NCBI GenBank assembly: GCA_964533615.1
Contig: CAZHMK010000001.1
Span: 138,156 to 202,155 of the forward strand
Source: an uncultured Eubacteriaceae bacterium
GTDB taxonomy: Bacteria > Bacillota > Clostridia > Eubacteriales > UBA1433
DNA length: 64,000 bases
Direction: 5' to 3'
Shown here: in pieces, positions 46,440 through 55,499 of the stretch
Layout of the letters: every line of letters begins with the position of its first letter
Numbering within the stretch: position 1 is the first letter of the stretch
Position numbers and translations under genes: made by a program
Notes under the pieces: model-generated
The model's database searches: none
Told to the model about the DNA's origin: nothing
Seen by the model: only the letters and a program-made list of their open reading frames with translations

Positions 46440-47132
46440 AATATTTCTTTTTATTAATGAATAGCGCCTTGGATATAACTTTGGCGTATTCTTTATTTTT
46501 TTAATAATAACTAAATTTCTCTGATAATCAGAATACGGGAGAACAATATTTGAAATTTTTTCGATCATTGCACCTGTTAATTGCAATGCATTGTCGGCAT
46601 TTTCGAGCTCTTTGCCCTTCATGGCTATATAGTGCCCGCCTTTTTTTAATAAAGGTACTGATAATTCAATTAAAACAGGCAGAGACGCTACTGCTCTTGC
46701 GGTCGCAATATCAAAACTTGCTCTATACTCACTAGAATGCGCCATATCTTCTGCACGCATACACAAAACATTCGTATTTTTTTGAATATCCAGATCACTA
46801 ATTGCTTTTGAAATGAAATCAGTTTTTTTCTTTGTAGCATCAACAATCGTAAACTTAGCATGTTCTTTAACAATACGAAGCGGAATTGAGGGAAACCCCG
46901 CTCCGCTTCCTATGTCTATCACTTTGACAATTGTATCAGGAAGAATATGATATAGCGTAAGAGAATCAATAATATGCTTTATAATAAATTCTCTTTCCTG
47001 TGTTATTGATGTTAAATTCTGCCTTTTGTTTTCGTCGATAACCAAATACATAAATTTGATTAATTTTTCGATTTTTTCCTGAGTTAATTTTAAATTAATT
47101 TTTTCAAGACATTCCTTTAAAAAATCCTGCAT
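46434..47132 (-). CDS. rsmG: 16S rRNA (guanine527-N7)-methyltransferase
   Basis: HIIDSL, DIGSGAGFPSIPL, and ARAVA motifs. Confidence 0.9.
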   Translation of the reverse strand: MQDFLKECLEKINLKLTQEKIEKLIKFMYLVIDENKRQNLTSITQEREFIIKHIIDSLTLYHILPDTIVKVIDIGSGAGFPSIPLRIVKEHAKFTIVDATKKKTDFISKAISDLDIQKNTNVLCMRAEDMAHSSEYRASFDIATARAVASLPVLIELSVPLLKKGGHYIAMKGKELENADNALQLTGAMIEKISNIVLPYSDYQRNLVIIKKIKNTPKLYPRRYSLIKRNIL

Positions 47133-47134
47133 AA

Positions 47135-47776
47135 TTATTTTGTCCTGGGCAATTCAACAACTTCAATATCATCAGAATCCAATAACATTTTTAACATGTG
47201 TACATCGCTGGCTTTGCCTTCATAAGATCCAAAATGTACAGGAATAACAATTTTTGCATTTGTTACTTTAGCTACATCTGCAGCTTGCTGTACACTGTCC
47301 ATTGTATATGTTTGTCCGAGCGGTAAGAAAATCACATCTACGTCTAGTTTATTCATTTCCGGTATTTTTTCTGTGTCTCCGGTATAATAATATTTCCCAT
47401 ATTGCGTTGTCACAATATATCCCAGCCAGTTATTTTCTTTTGGATGACATTGTGTTTTTACAATATTATAAGCCCACACTGCCTGTATATGAATACCGTT
47501 AACGATATGTTTCTCACCCGGATTTACTGCTAATATTTCATTTGAAAAGGCTGCTTTCAGTTGCTCTACACAATTTTGCGGAGCTGCAATAATGGTATTA
47601 TCATTGATTACTTTACTGATATCCTCCTCCGATAAATGATCAAAATGAGAATGTGTAATTAATATTACATCCGCATCATGCATATCTTCAACAATCCACA
47701 ACGGATCGATATATACTGTTTTACCGTCTGTTACAAATCTGAGAGAACCTTGACCGTACCATGTTATATTTTTCAT
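47135..47776 (-). CDS. MBL-fold metallo-hydrolase (UPF0173-like)
   Basis: 213 aa with ILITHSHFDH, and later the PVHFG region. Confidence 0.8.
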   Translation of the reverse strand: MKNITWYGQGSLRFVTDGKTVYIDPLWIVEDMHDADVILITHSHFDHLSEEDISKVINDNTIIAAPQNCVEQLKAAFSNEILAVNPGEKHIVNGIHIQAVWAYNIVKTQCHPKENNWLGYIVTTQYGKYYYTGDTEKIPEMNKLDVDVIFLPLGQTYTMDSVQQAADVAKVTNAKIVIPVHFGSYEGKASDVHMLKMLLDSDDIEVVELPRTK

Positions 47777-47832
47777 TCTATATCCTCCAAATTACTATTC
47801 ATTAAATATAATTATACATATAAATGCTCCAT

Positions 47833-47863
47833 TTACAAATAATAATATGCATTTTATTTGTAA
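47833..47863. promoter_or_regulatory. Candidate operator: 10-bp inverted repeat in a divergent promoter region
   Basis: TTACAAATAA (47833-47842), 11 nt, TTATTTGTAA (47854-47863). It lies just upstream of an extended -10 element, TGtTATAAT (47877-47885), for the nitroreductase gene. Confidence 0.35.
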
Positions 47864-47915
47864 CAAAAAATGAATCTGTTATAATAAAGCATATCTTCTA
47901 TAGCGAGGTACAGAT

Positions 47916-48701
47916 ATGAATTATATTGAAATTGATAACAATTTATGTGTGAAATGCGGTCTTTGTGCTCAAGTATGTCCAAATGGTATTTTAAGAAATA
48001 AAGAAAATAATATATACATTGTTGAAAAACTTCTCAAACATTGCATTGAATGCGGTCATTGTACTGCAGTCTGTCCAAACGGGGCATTAAGTTTAAATGG
48101 TTCTAATGGATATACAAAAGAATCTTTTGATTCAAAGATATTGGCCCAACAGCTTCCCCGGCTCATAAAACAGCGAAGAAGCATACGTTTTTTTGATAGT
48201 AAACCAGTAAAAATTGAAGATGTCGAAAATATATTAGATAATCTGAGATATGCTCCTACTGCAAAAAATTCACAACAAGTAGGATATACTCTTCTTACAG
48301 GAAAATCACTGCAAGATTTCATTACACTTTCCTATGAAAGTGTAAAAAATATCGAAAACTATTCTTCATTTCATAACATTTTTTATAAAAAAAATCGTGA
48401 TATATTATTTAGAGGTGCACCCGCTCTTTTATTTGCTCATGCCCCCAAAGATAACTATATGTCTGTTATAGACTGCACGATAGCACTTGCTTTTTTTGAT
48501 ATACTGGCTCCTGTTTTTAATATTGGATCTTGTTGGGCGGGATATATTATGAATCTAATAAATATAGATAAAAATTTAGAAAAAGCATTAGAAATTAAAG
48601 ACGGCAGCGCCGTATACGGTGCATTGCTCCTTGGATATAGCGCTATTCATTATTCATCAATCCCAACACGACATTCATTGGATATTAATATATTAAAATA
48701 A
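47916..48701 (+). CDS. Nitroreductase-family protein with an N-terminal 2x[4Fe-4S] ferredoxin domain
   Basis: CVKCGLCAQVCP and CIECGHCTAVCP motifs, followed by a nitroreductase fold (RRSIRFF..., APTAKNSQ). Confidence 0.8.
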   Translation: MNYIEIDNNLCVKCGLCAQVCPNGILRNKENNIYIVEKLLKHCIECGHCTAVCPNGALSLNGSNGYTKESFDSKILAQQLPRLIKQRRSIRFFDSKPVKIEDVENILDNLRYAPTAKNSQQVGYTLLTGKSLQDFITLSYESVKNIENYSSFHNIFYKKNRDILFRGAPALLFAHAPKDNYMSVIDCTIALAFFDILAPVFNIGSCWAGYIMNLINIDKNLEKALEIKDGSAVYGALLLGYSAIHYSSIPTRHSLDINILK

Positions 48702-48702
48702 A

Positions 48703-48728
48703 AATGATGTAACTTTTGTTACATCATT
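48703..48728. terminator. Bidirectional intrinsic terminator between the nitroreductase gene and spoIIAB
   Basis: AATGATGTAAC-TTTT-GTTACATCATT (11-bp perfect stem), flanked by an A-run and a T-run. Confidence 0.85.
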
Positions 48729-48733
48729 TTTTT

Positions 48734-49159
48734 CTATTCTTTTTTTATTTTTTTTATAATATTGATTTCTGTTCCTATACCGATTTTACTTTCAAGCTGC
48801 ATATCATCCGAAAATGTTTGCATAATGCTAAATCCCAGCCCGGAACGTTCTTTTTCAGGTTTTGTAGTATACATAGGTTCCATCGCTTGATTTATATCTT
48901 CAATACCACACCCATAATCCTTAATCTTTATATGTAATTCATTTTCAATAATTGTCATCTCTACTTCAATTTTACCATCCGCTTTATCTTCATATGCATG
49001 AATAATACAATTCGTAACAGCTTCTGATAAAATTGTTTTTATTTCATAAATATCTTGCACAGTGGGATCAAGTCTTAAGGCAAATGCTGCTGCTGCCGTT
49101 CGTATAAATAATTCATTCTCAGAACTGGCATTAAAAAAAAGATGTACATAATCGTTCAT
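48734..49159 (-). CDS. spoIIAB: Anti-sigma F factor / serine kinase SpoIIAB
   Basis: Collinear with B. subtilis SpoIIAB as I recall it: N-box EAVTNCIIHAY, G1 DYGCGI, TTKPEKERSGLGFSIM. Confidence 0.85.
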   Translation of the reverse strand: MNDYVHLFFNASSENELFIRTAAAAFALRLDPTVQDIYEIKTILSEAVTNCIIHAYEDKADGKIEVEMTIIENELHIKIKDYGCGIEDINQAMEPMYTTKPEKERSGLGFSIMQTFSDDMQLESKIGIGTEINIIKKIKKE

Positions 49160-49509
49160 ATTTCATCCCCCTTACCGAGCTGAATTAGTGCTTCTTTTTC
49201 ATTGTCGTATACTTTGGTCAATAAAAAAATTCCAGATAATTTTAACATTTTTGATATATCATGTGTAATATGAATAAAAGCAATTCTGCCTTCTTTGGCT
49301 ACCACTTTTTTATATCTTCCTAAAATCAGTCCGATACCTGAACTGTCAATAAACCTTACATCCTCCATATTAAAGAGAACATGTCTTACTTCTTTTTTTT
49401 CAATATTATAATCAATGACATCTCTTACTTTTTCAGTATTATGATGATCTAAATCACATCTTAATCGAATGATTAAAATATTTTTTTTTAAAGCAAAGTT
49501 AACAATCAT
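49156..49509 (-). CDS. spoIIAA: Anti-sigma factor antagonist SpoIIAA (STAS domain)
   Basis: 117 aa. The phosphorylatable serine context is FIDSSGIGLILG. Overlaps spoIIAB by 4 nt. Confidence 0.85.
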   Translation of the reverse strand: MIVNFALKKNILIIRLRCDLDHHNTEKVRDVIDYNIEKKEVRHVLFNMEDVRFIDSSGIGLILGRYKKVVAKEGRIAFIHITHDISKMLKLSGIFLLTKVYDNEKEALIQLGKGDEI

Positions 49510-49581
49510 AAAAGCCTCCTTTTATAATAATTCAAAATAAAAAGAAAGCTTCCTTTGAAATAACCTATAGTTTTATAAATT

Positions 49582-50733
49582 TTATAATTTATAAATATCC
49601 GCATTTTTTATTGCGGCTGCTAAAAATTCTTTCATTTCGCCACCTATCTTGGCTTCTTCTTTATATAAATTTTCTATCTTAGGTTTTGTTTGGGGATGTT
49701 TTGGTGTAAATATTGTACAGCAGTCTTCATAGGGCAGGATTGAAATATCATATGTACCAATATCTTTTGCAATGTTAATCGTATTTATTTTATCAAAACC
49801 GATTAGCGGCCTAAAAACCGGCATTCTGCATACTTCATTAGTTGCATAAATACTCTGTATTGTCTGACTTGCAACTTGTCCAAGACTTTCTCCTGTGATC
49901 AGTGCTTGCGCATTTTCCATATCAGCGATTCTTTGCGCTATGATCATCATGTATCTTCTCATCAGAATCGTTAAATATGTTATATCGCACTTTTCGATAA
50001 TATATTCTTGTATACGAGTAAACGGAACGCTATATACAATAATCCCCGGAGCAAAACCATTCAGTACGTTTGCCAAGTCAATTACTTTTTGTTTGGCTTC
50101 AGACGGAGTATAAGGACTGCTATGAAAATAAACACAAGTCAATTCTACCCCACGTGATGCCATCATGTAACCAGCCACGGGGCTGTCTATCCCGCCCGAT
50201 AGCAAAAGTGCCGCTTTACCTCCTGTTGATGTCGGGAGCCCGGCCCTGCATTTAATGCTTGTTGCATATACATATGTAATATTCCTAACTTCAATCTCTA
50301 TAGTAATATCGGGTGCATGTACATCAACTTTTGCATTTTGTGCATTTTTCAAAATGAATGCACCAATCTGCGCACTAATCTGAGGAGATTTGAGCGGAAA
50401 TTTTTTATCTCCTCGCCTACTTTCTACTTTAAATGTTTTGCCATTCTGATAAAGAGCTAATGCAGCCTGTTTTATTTGCTCTATATCCGAAGCAACGATT
50501 AACGCTTTACTTATATAAGCAATCCCAAAAATATTTTTTATACTATCAATAATTTCGTTTTCATCACTTATCGTAAAATGAATTTCTAGACGTGATTGCG
50601 CTTTTTTTATAGTAACATCGCTATAGTTTTTTAATTTTTTGGCTATATTATTTTTTAAAACATTTTCAAAATAACTTCGGTTGAGTCCTTTTAAAGCTAT
50701 TTCTCCATATCGAACCAGTATAACTTTTTCCAT
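49582..50733 (-). CDS. thiI: tRNA 4-thiouridine(8) synthase / sulfur carrier ThiI
   Basis: THUMP-containing N-half and a PP-loop LLSGGIDSPVA. Confidence 0.9.
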   Translation of the reverse strand: MEKVILVRYGEIALKGLNRSYFENVLKNNIAKKLKNYSDVTIKKAQSRLEIHFTISDENEIIDSIKNIFGIAYISKALIVASDIEQIKQAALALYQNGKTFKVESRRGDKKFPLKSPQISAQIGAFILKNAQNAKVDVHAPDITIEIEVRNITYVYATSIKCRAGLPTSTGGKAALLLSGGIDSPVAGYMMASRGVELTCVYFHSSPYTPSEAKQKVIDLANVLNGFAPGIIVYSVPFTRIQEYIIEKCDITYLTILMRRYMMIIAQRIADMENAQALITGESLGQVASQTIQSIYATNEVCRMPVFRPLIGFDKINTINIAKDIGTYDISILPYEDCCTIFTPKHPQTKPKIENLYKEEAKIGGEMKEFLAAAIKNADIYKL

Positions 50734-51896
50734 TAATTATATTTCCCAACCTTTCTAAGTCTGTTAGCATTTTTTATGATTGATTCTACTAAAATATCAC
50801 ATTCTTGAATTGTGTTAAATCTGCTCAAAGATATCCTGATGCTACTCTGTGCAGCCTCTTTATCCATTCCGGCATCAATTAAAACACGTGATACCCTTTT
50901 TTTTGATGAACAGGCAGATGAGGTTGAAATTGCAATGCCATCCTCATCAAGCAATCTAAGCATAACCTCTCCTTTGGTTCCTAAAATTGCCAGATTAATA
51001 ATATACGAAGATGCTTTATTAATGTTTCTCGGCGTATTCAAAATTACATCACTTAATTTTTTCTGTATATTTTCAATTATATATTCTCTCATTTCAACAA
51101 TCAGTGAATGATCACGAATATATCGCTCGGATTGCATAAGAGCTGTTTGTAATCCTTTGATATAAGCTATATTTTCTGTCCCTGCGCGCAAATCATCCTC
51201 TTGTGAGCCTCCATATAAAAGAGGTTGTATTTTTACATGCTTTTTTGCAATAAGCGCTCCGACTCCTTTTGGTGCATGAAACTTGTGTCCGCTAATCGAA
51301 ATTGCATCAATATCACTGTTATCCAGAAATATCTGAAATTTGCCGGCTGATTGCACAGTATCACTATGAAAAATACTATTTTTATTTATACTTTTTGCAA
51401 TTTTTGAGAGATTGATAATATCATTTTTTGTTCCTATTTCATTATTGACATGGCTTATAGATATCAGTAATGTTTTATCATCGATCAAACTTTTATAATT
51501 TTCTGTATCTATATTACCGTTTTTGTCGGTTTTAATATACCTTATTTCTATATTTTCATTATCAAAGTAATGCTTTATAGAATTATAGATTGAAGGATGT
51601 TCTATTTTAGTAGAAATAACATTATATTTTTTATTTGATTTTACATATTTTTCTTTAATTGAATGTAAAATCATATTGTTTGATTCAGTTGCACATGAAG
51701 TAAAAATAACACGGCTGTCCCGACTATTAAAATGTTTTCCAATTGCTTCTCTTGCATTTGACAAATTTTTTTGATTTTGTTTGCCTATAGAATACACAGA
51801 AGATGCATTTGCATAATTATTTTTTAATTCGGATGCTATTACATCAATAACTTCTTTTGTGGGCTCTGTCGTCGCGGCGTTATCAAAATAAATCAT
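50733..51896 (-). CDS. Cysteine desulfurase (NifS/IscS class V aminotransferase)
   Basis: IYFDNAATT N-terminus, the SGHKFHAPKG PLP-lysine region, and the SSACSS active-site Cys loop. Confidence 0.88.
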   Translation of the reverse strand: MIYFDNAATTEPTKEVIDVIASELKNNYANASSVYSIGKQNQKNLSNAREAIGKHFNSRDSRVIFTSCATESNNMILHSIKEKYVKSNKKYNVISTKIEHPSIYNSIKHYFDNENIEIRYIKTDKNGNIDTENYKSLIDDKTLLISISHVNNEIGTKNDIINLSKIAKSINKNSIFHSDTVQSAGKFQIFLDNSDIDAISISGHKFHAPKGVGALIAKKHVKIQPLLYGGSQEDDLRAGTENIAYIKGLQTALMQSERYIRDHSLIVEMREYIIENIQKKLSDVILNTPRNINKASSYIINLAILGTKGEVMLRLLDEDGIAISTSSACSSKKRVSRVLIDAGMDKEAAQSSIRISLSRFNTIQECDILVESIIKNANRLRKVGKYN

Positions 51897-52057
51897 TATT
51901 TTTGCTCCAAAAAATTAGAATATATATTATTATCTATCACTTACGGCTTAAAAATTCCAATACATTTTAACAGCTAATTATAAAAAAGTAAATTTATTAC
52001 TTTTTTATAAATCAAATCTTATCTTATATATTGATTTTATTAGATATTATATAAAAT

Positions 52058-52081
52058 AAAAAAAGCGCTTACGCACTTTTT
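52058..52081 (-). terminator. Intrinsic terminator after efp
   Basis: The minus-strand RNA reads AAAGUGC-GUAA-GCGCUUU (one G-U pair) followed by UUUU. Confidence 0.65.
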
Positions 52082-52094
52082 ATAATATTTTTAT

Positions 52095-52655
52095 TTATTT
52101 AACTCGTTCCATATAAGTACCGGTTCTGGTATCTATTCTAACTTTATCTCCTATTTCAACAAATAACGGTACTGTAACTACTGCTCCTGTTTCCAGCGTA
52201 GCCGGCTTATTGGCTCCGGTTGCAGTATCCCCTTTAAATCCCGGTTCAGTTTGTATGATTTCAAGTTCAACAAAAAATGGCGCTTCTACCGAGAAAGCTT
52301 CCCCTTTAAAAAATTTTATAGTTGCATTCATATTTTCTTTAAGATACAACATTGCATCTTCTACTTTATCTTTATTTAAAGGAATTTGCTCATAGTTTTC
52401 TAAATCCATAAAGTAATACAAATCCCCGTCATTATAGAGATACTGCATTTCTTTTGTTTCGATATGTGCTTTTGGAAATTTATCCGATGGATTAAATGTA
52501 CGCTCGATCGTGCTTCCAGTAAGTACGTTTTTAACCTTAGCTCTTACAAACGCAGCACCTTTTCCAGGTTTAACGTGCTGAAAATCATTGACTACATATA
52601 CGTCTCCATCCATTTCAAAAGTAATACCTTTTTTAAAATCTCCTGCGAATATCAT
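52095..52655 (-). CDS. efp: Elongation factor P
   Basis: 186 aa. [19 protein letters not shown] loop and the C-terminal OB domains. Confidence 0.95.
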   Translation of the reverse strand: MIFAGDFKKGITFEMDGDVYVVNDFQHVKPGKGAAFVRAKVKNVLTGSTIERTFNPSDKFPKAHIETKEMQYLYNDGDLYYFMDLENYEQIPLNKDKVEDAMLYLKENMNATIKFFKGEAFSVEAPFFVELEIIQTEPGFKGDTATGANKPATLETGAVVTVPLFVEIGDKVRIDTRTGTYMERVK

Positions 52656-52782
52656 TTATTACCTCCTAAATAAATACCAAAACATATTACCATCTTATTA
52701 TGTATTATTCAATTAAATTTATTAATTTTACACTTTCTAAACGATATGATATATTTCTTCTGATAAATTCAAAAATTAATTT

Positions 52783-53490
52783 CTAATCGGGCAGTATTTT
52801 ATTAAATTCTTTTGCCAATTTACCAATGGCTTTTTTTTCTATTCTTGAAACATACGAACGAGAAATACTTAATATCTTTGCAACCTGAATTTGCGTTTTC
52901 TTTTCCGTATTGTTGATTCCGTATCTCATAATAATAATATCTTTTTCACGCTTCGTAAGCACTTTATCCATAACCTGGGTTAATTTACTCTCTCTTTTTT
53001 CATTAACCATTTTATCGCATATGTCTTGACATTGAGTTTCGTTTGTCTGAACAATATCTAAAAAAGATATGTTTCCACCCTCACCATCCGATAAAATGCT
53101 ATCTTGTAAAAAGATATTATTTTTATGCTTTTGCTCCGCACGCAGTGCCATTAAAATTTCATTTTCAATACATTTCGCAGCATAAGTGCCGATCTTTGTT
53201 CCTTTAGTGCTATTAAAACTCTCAACTGCTTTAATTAAACCAATTGTACCGATTGAGACAATATCCTCATTATCTATAGAAGTGTTGTTATATTTTTTTG
53301 CAATATGGGCAACCAATCTCAGGTTATGTATAATAAGCTTTTGTTTAGCCTGTATATCTCCTTCAAAAAGTCTTTTAATATATTTTTCTTCATCTTCTTT
53401 ACTTAGCTGCTCGGGAAAAGACGAAACGCTTTCTATTCGGCCAATAAAAAAAATAATATTTTTTATTAGCTCTATCAAACCATAATACAT
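52783..53490 (-). CDS. Sporulation-type pro-sigma factor, SigK/SigE family (more SigK-like)
   Basis: I chose the ATG at 53490 (MYYGLIELIKNIIFFIGRIESVSSFPEQLS) with GAGGTGA 5 nt upstream. It has a hydrophobic ~20-aa pro-peptide followed by FPxxLS. HNLRLVAHIAKKY, KGTKIGTYAAKCIENEILM and SRSYVSRIEKKA resemble B. subtilis SigK more than SigE, as I recall those sequences. Confidence 0.8.
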   Translation of the reverse strand: MYYGLIELIKNIIFFIGRIESVSSFPEQLSKEDEEKYIKRLFEGDIQAKQKLIIHNLRLVAHIAKKYNNTSIDNEDIVSIGTIGLIKAVESFNSTKGTKIGTYAAKCIENEILMALRAEQKHKNNIFLQDSILSDGEGGNISFLDIVQTNETQCQDICDKMVNEKRESKLTQVMDKVLTKREKDIIIMRYGINNTEKKTQIQVAKILSISRSYVSRIEKKAIGKLAKEFNKILPD

Positions 53491-53613
53491 GCAAATCACC
53501 TCGATGTCTAATTATATGATGCATCATTTATGAATTTGCATGTACATAATTTTTTATAATTTTAAAGGGATATCCTTTCCGGGTATCCCCTTTTTTATAA
53601 GATAATAATTATT

Positions 53614-54630
53614 TTATTTTTTCGTAAGAAAATCAGGAATATCAAATCCTTGATTATTATTTGAGATTTGACTTACATAATTAAACCCGGTTGCAATAAT
53701 TGTAATTTTAATTTCGTCTTCCATGTTTTGATCAATAGTTGCTCCAAATATGACGTTTGCATCAGGATCCGCACTGTCTTTGGCAATTTGAGCGGCTTTT
53801 TCAACATCAAACAGTGTCATATCGTTTCCGCCTGTAATATTAATAAGCAGCCCGGTTGCACCATCGATTTTTGTCTCCAATAATGGGCTTTGTATTGCCT
53901 GATTTGCTGCATCAGATGCTTTATTTTCACCTGTTGCATATCCCATGCCCATATGAGCCATGCCTGCATCTTTCATAATTGTTTTCACATCAGCAAAATC
54001 AAGGCTGACTAAGCCTGGTTTTGTAATCAAATCGCTGATACCTTTAACCCCTTGAACCAAAACACTGTCCGCAATTCTAAAAGCATCTTTCAGAGAAGTT
54101 TTATTATCAGCAATTTTTAATAATCTGTCATTCGGTATTGTAACCAGCGAATCAACCTGCGGGGTTAAGAGACGAATGCCAAGTTCAGCATTTGTAAGCC
54201 TGACTTTACCTTCGAATCCAAAAGGTTTTGTCACAACTCCTATTGTCAAAATGCCGAGCTCTTTTGCCATATTTGCAATAACATGACTTGCCCCAGTACC
54301 TGTACCGCCTCCCATTCCAGCTGTAATAAATAAGAGGTCTGCGCCTTTAATGGACTCAATTAAAGCTTCTTTGCTTTCTTCTGCCGAACGTTGTCCTACC
54401 TCAGGATTTGCTCCGGCCCCAAGACCATTTGTTGTTACTTCACCTATTTGTATCTTTGTTTCCGCCAAAGACAACGCCAAATCAGATTTATTTGTATTGA
54501 CTGCAATAAATGTTACGCCTTCTATCCCTTCTTCTATCATGCGGTTAACGGCGTTATTTCCACCTCCGCCAACACCCATTACCCTAATATCTGCAAATGT
54601 TTCTACTAACATGTCCATCTCGTAAGGCAT
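53614..54630 (-). CDS. ftsZ: Cell division protein FtsZ (short form, 338 aa)
   Basis: GVGGGGNNAVNRM and GMGGGTGTGA signature motifs. The C-terminal peptide is DIPDFLTKK. AAGGGGG RBS. Confidence 0.95.
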   Translation of the reverse strand: MPYEMDMLVETFADIRVMGVGGGGNNAVNRMIEEGIEGVTFIAVNTNKSDLALSLAETKIQIGEVTTNGLGAGANPEVGQRSAEESKEALIESIKGADLLFITAGMGGGTGTGASHVIANMAKELGILTIGVVTKPFGFEGKVRLTNAELGIRLLTPQVDSLVTIPNDRLLKIADNKTSLKDAFRIADSVLVQGVKGISDLITKPGLVSLDFADVKTIMKDAGMAHMGMGYATGENKASDAANQAIQSPLLETKIDGATGLLINITGGNDMTLFDVEKAAQIAKDSADPDANVIFGATIDQNMEDEIKITIIATGFNYVSQISNNNQGFDIPDFLTKK

Positions 54631-54718
54631 GCTTATACCCCCTTAAGTGCCAATATATATCTATTAACATATTTTAATAATTTTCTGAAAGAATAACAAT
54701 ACTTTTTTAAAATATTTT

Positions 54719-55489
54719 CTAATTAATCTGTTTATATATATGATTTCCATTTTCCATAAGCTCAATACTCATAGGTAAGTCATCTTCAGATAGGATCGTG
54801 TAAACAAACTGAAAATTATCTTCAAATATTTTTTGATTCGTAATTTTAATGATTGATCCACCTTTTGTATATAAATGTACAATGTTATCATCGGATATAT
54901 AAAATTCACTGATATTTTTAAGCACATCGACTTCTTTTAAATTCAGTGCCATATTATAGATCATATCAAGTAACCATGTTTTTTCAACTTCAACCTTTTT
55001 ACCGGGCTCGGATGATAAAATTGTTAAATTGCTTAATAACGGAATATTCGCATTATCCGTACTTGATTGTTCTTTTATGACAGTTAACTCATCATCGACA
55101 TAAATATAATTACCGCTGTCATTTATAATTAAAATCGGTTCTTTTTCTTCTACTTCGATGACGATACTGCATGGAAATTCTTTTTTTATTTTTGCTTTTT
55201 TTATATAGTACAGGCTCTCAATATATTCTTCGTTTTTCGAGGTGTTGATTTTAAAGATGTTTTCACCAATATATATATTGGAAACTTTTATAATATTTTG
55301 TGCATCCGTGAGCATGTTGCCATTTACAGCAATATGATCGACATTAAATACCGGACTCTCCATACAAAAATACACGCCAAAACAAGCTGTCAATAAAAGC
55401 AGCAATATGTATATACGAGTTCTAATCTTCATTGTCCTTCTTTTTTTCGTTCTGGCTTTATTGGTTTTATACGACATAGAAATCCTCAA
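54719..55489 (-). CDS. ftsQ: Cell division protein FtsQ/DivIB
   Basis: Basic N-terminus, one TM helix, then POTRA-like (FNVDHIAVNGN...) and FtsQ beta domains. The position in the dcw cluster supports the call. Confidence 0.8.
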   Translation of the reverse strand: MRISMSYKTNKARTKKRRTMKIRTRIYILLLLLTACFGVYFCMESPVFNVDHIAVNGNMLTDAQNIIKVSNIYIGENIFKINTSKNEEYIESLYYIKKAKIKKEFPCSIVIEVEEKEPILIINDSGNYIYVDDELTVIKEQSSTDNANIPLLSNLTILSSEPGKKVEVEKTWLLDMIYNMALNLKEVDVLKNISEFYISDDNIVHLYTKGGSIIKITNQKIFEDNFQFVYTILSEDDLPMSIELMENGNHIYKQIN

Positions 55490-55499
55490 AAATTAATTC

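Noticed and set aside
53561-53600. Hairpin GGGATATCC...GGGTATCCCC between ftsZ and the sigma gene, considered as an ftsZ terminator.
   Set aside because: The stem is imperfect. The good T-run is on the plus strand, where there is no gene to terminate. On the minus strand the hairpin is followed by only a weak, interrupted U tract. It is left unannotated.
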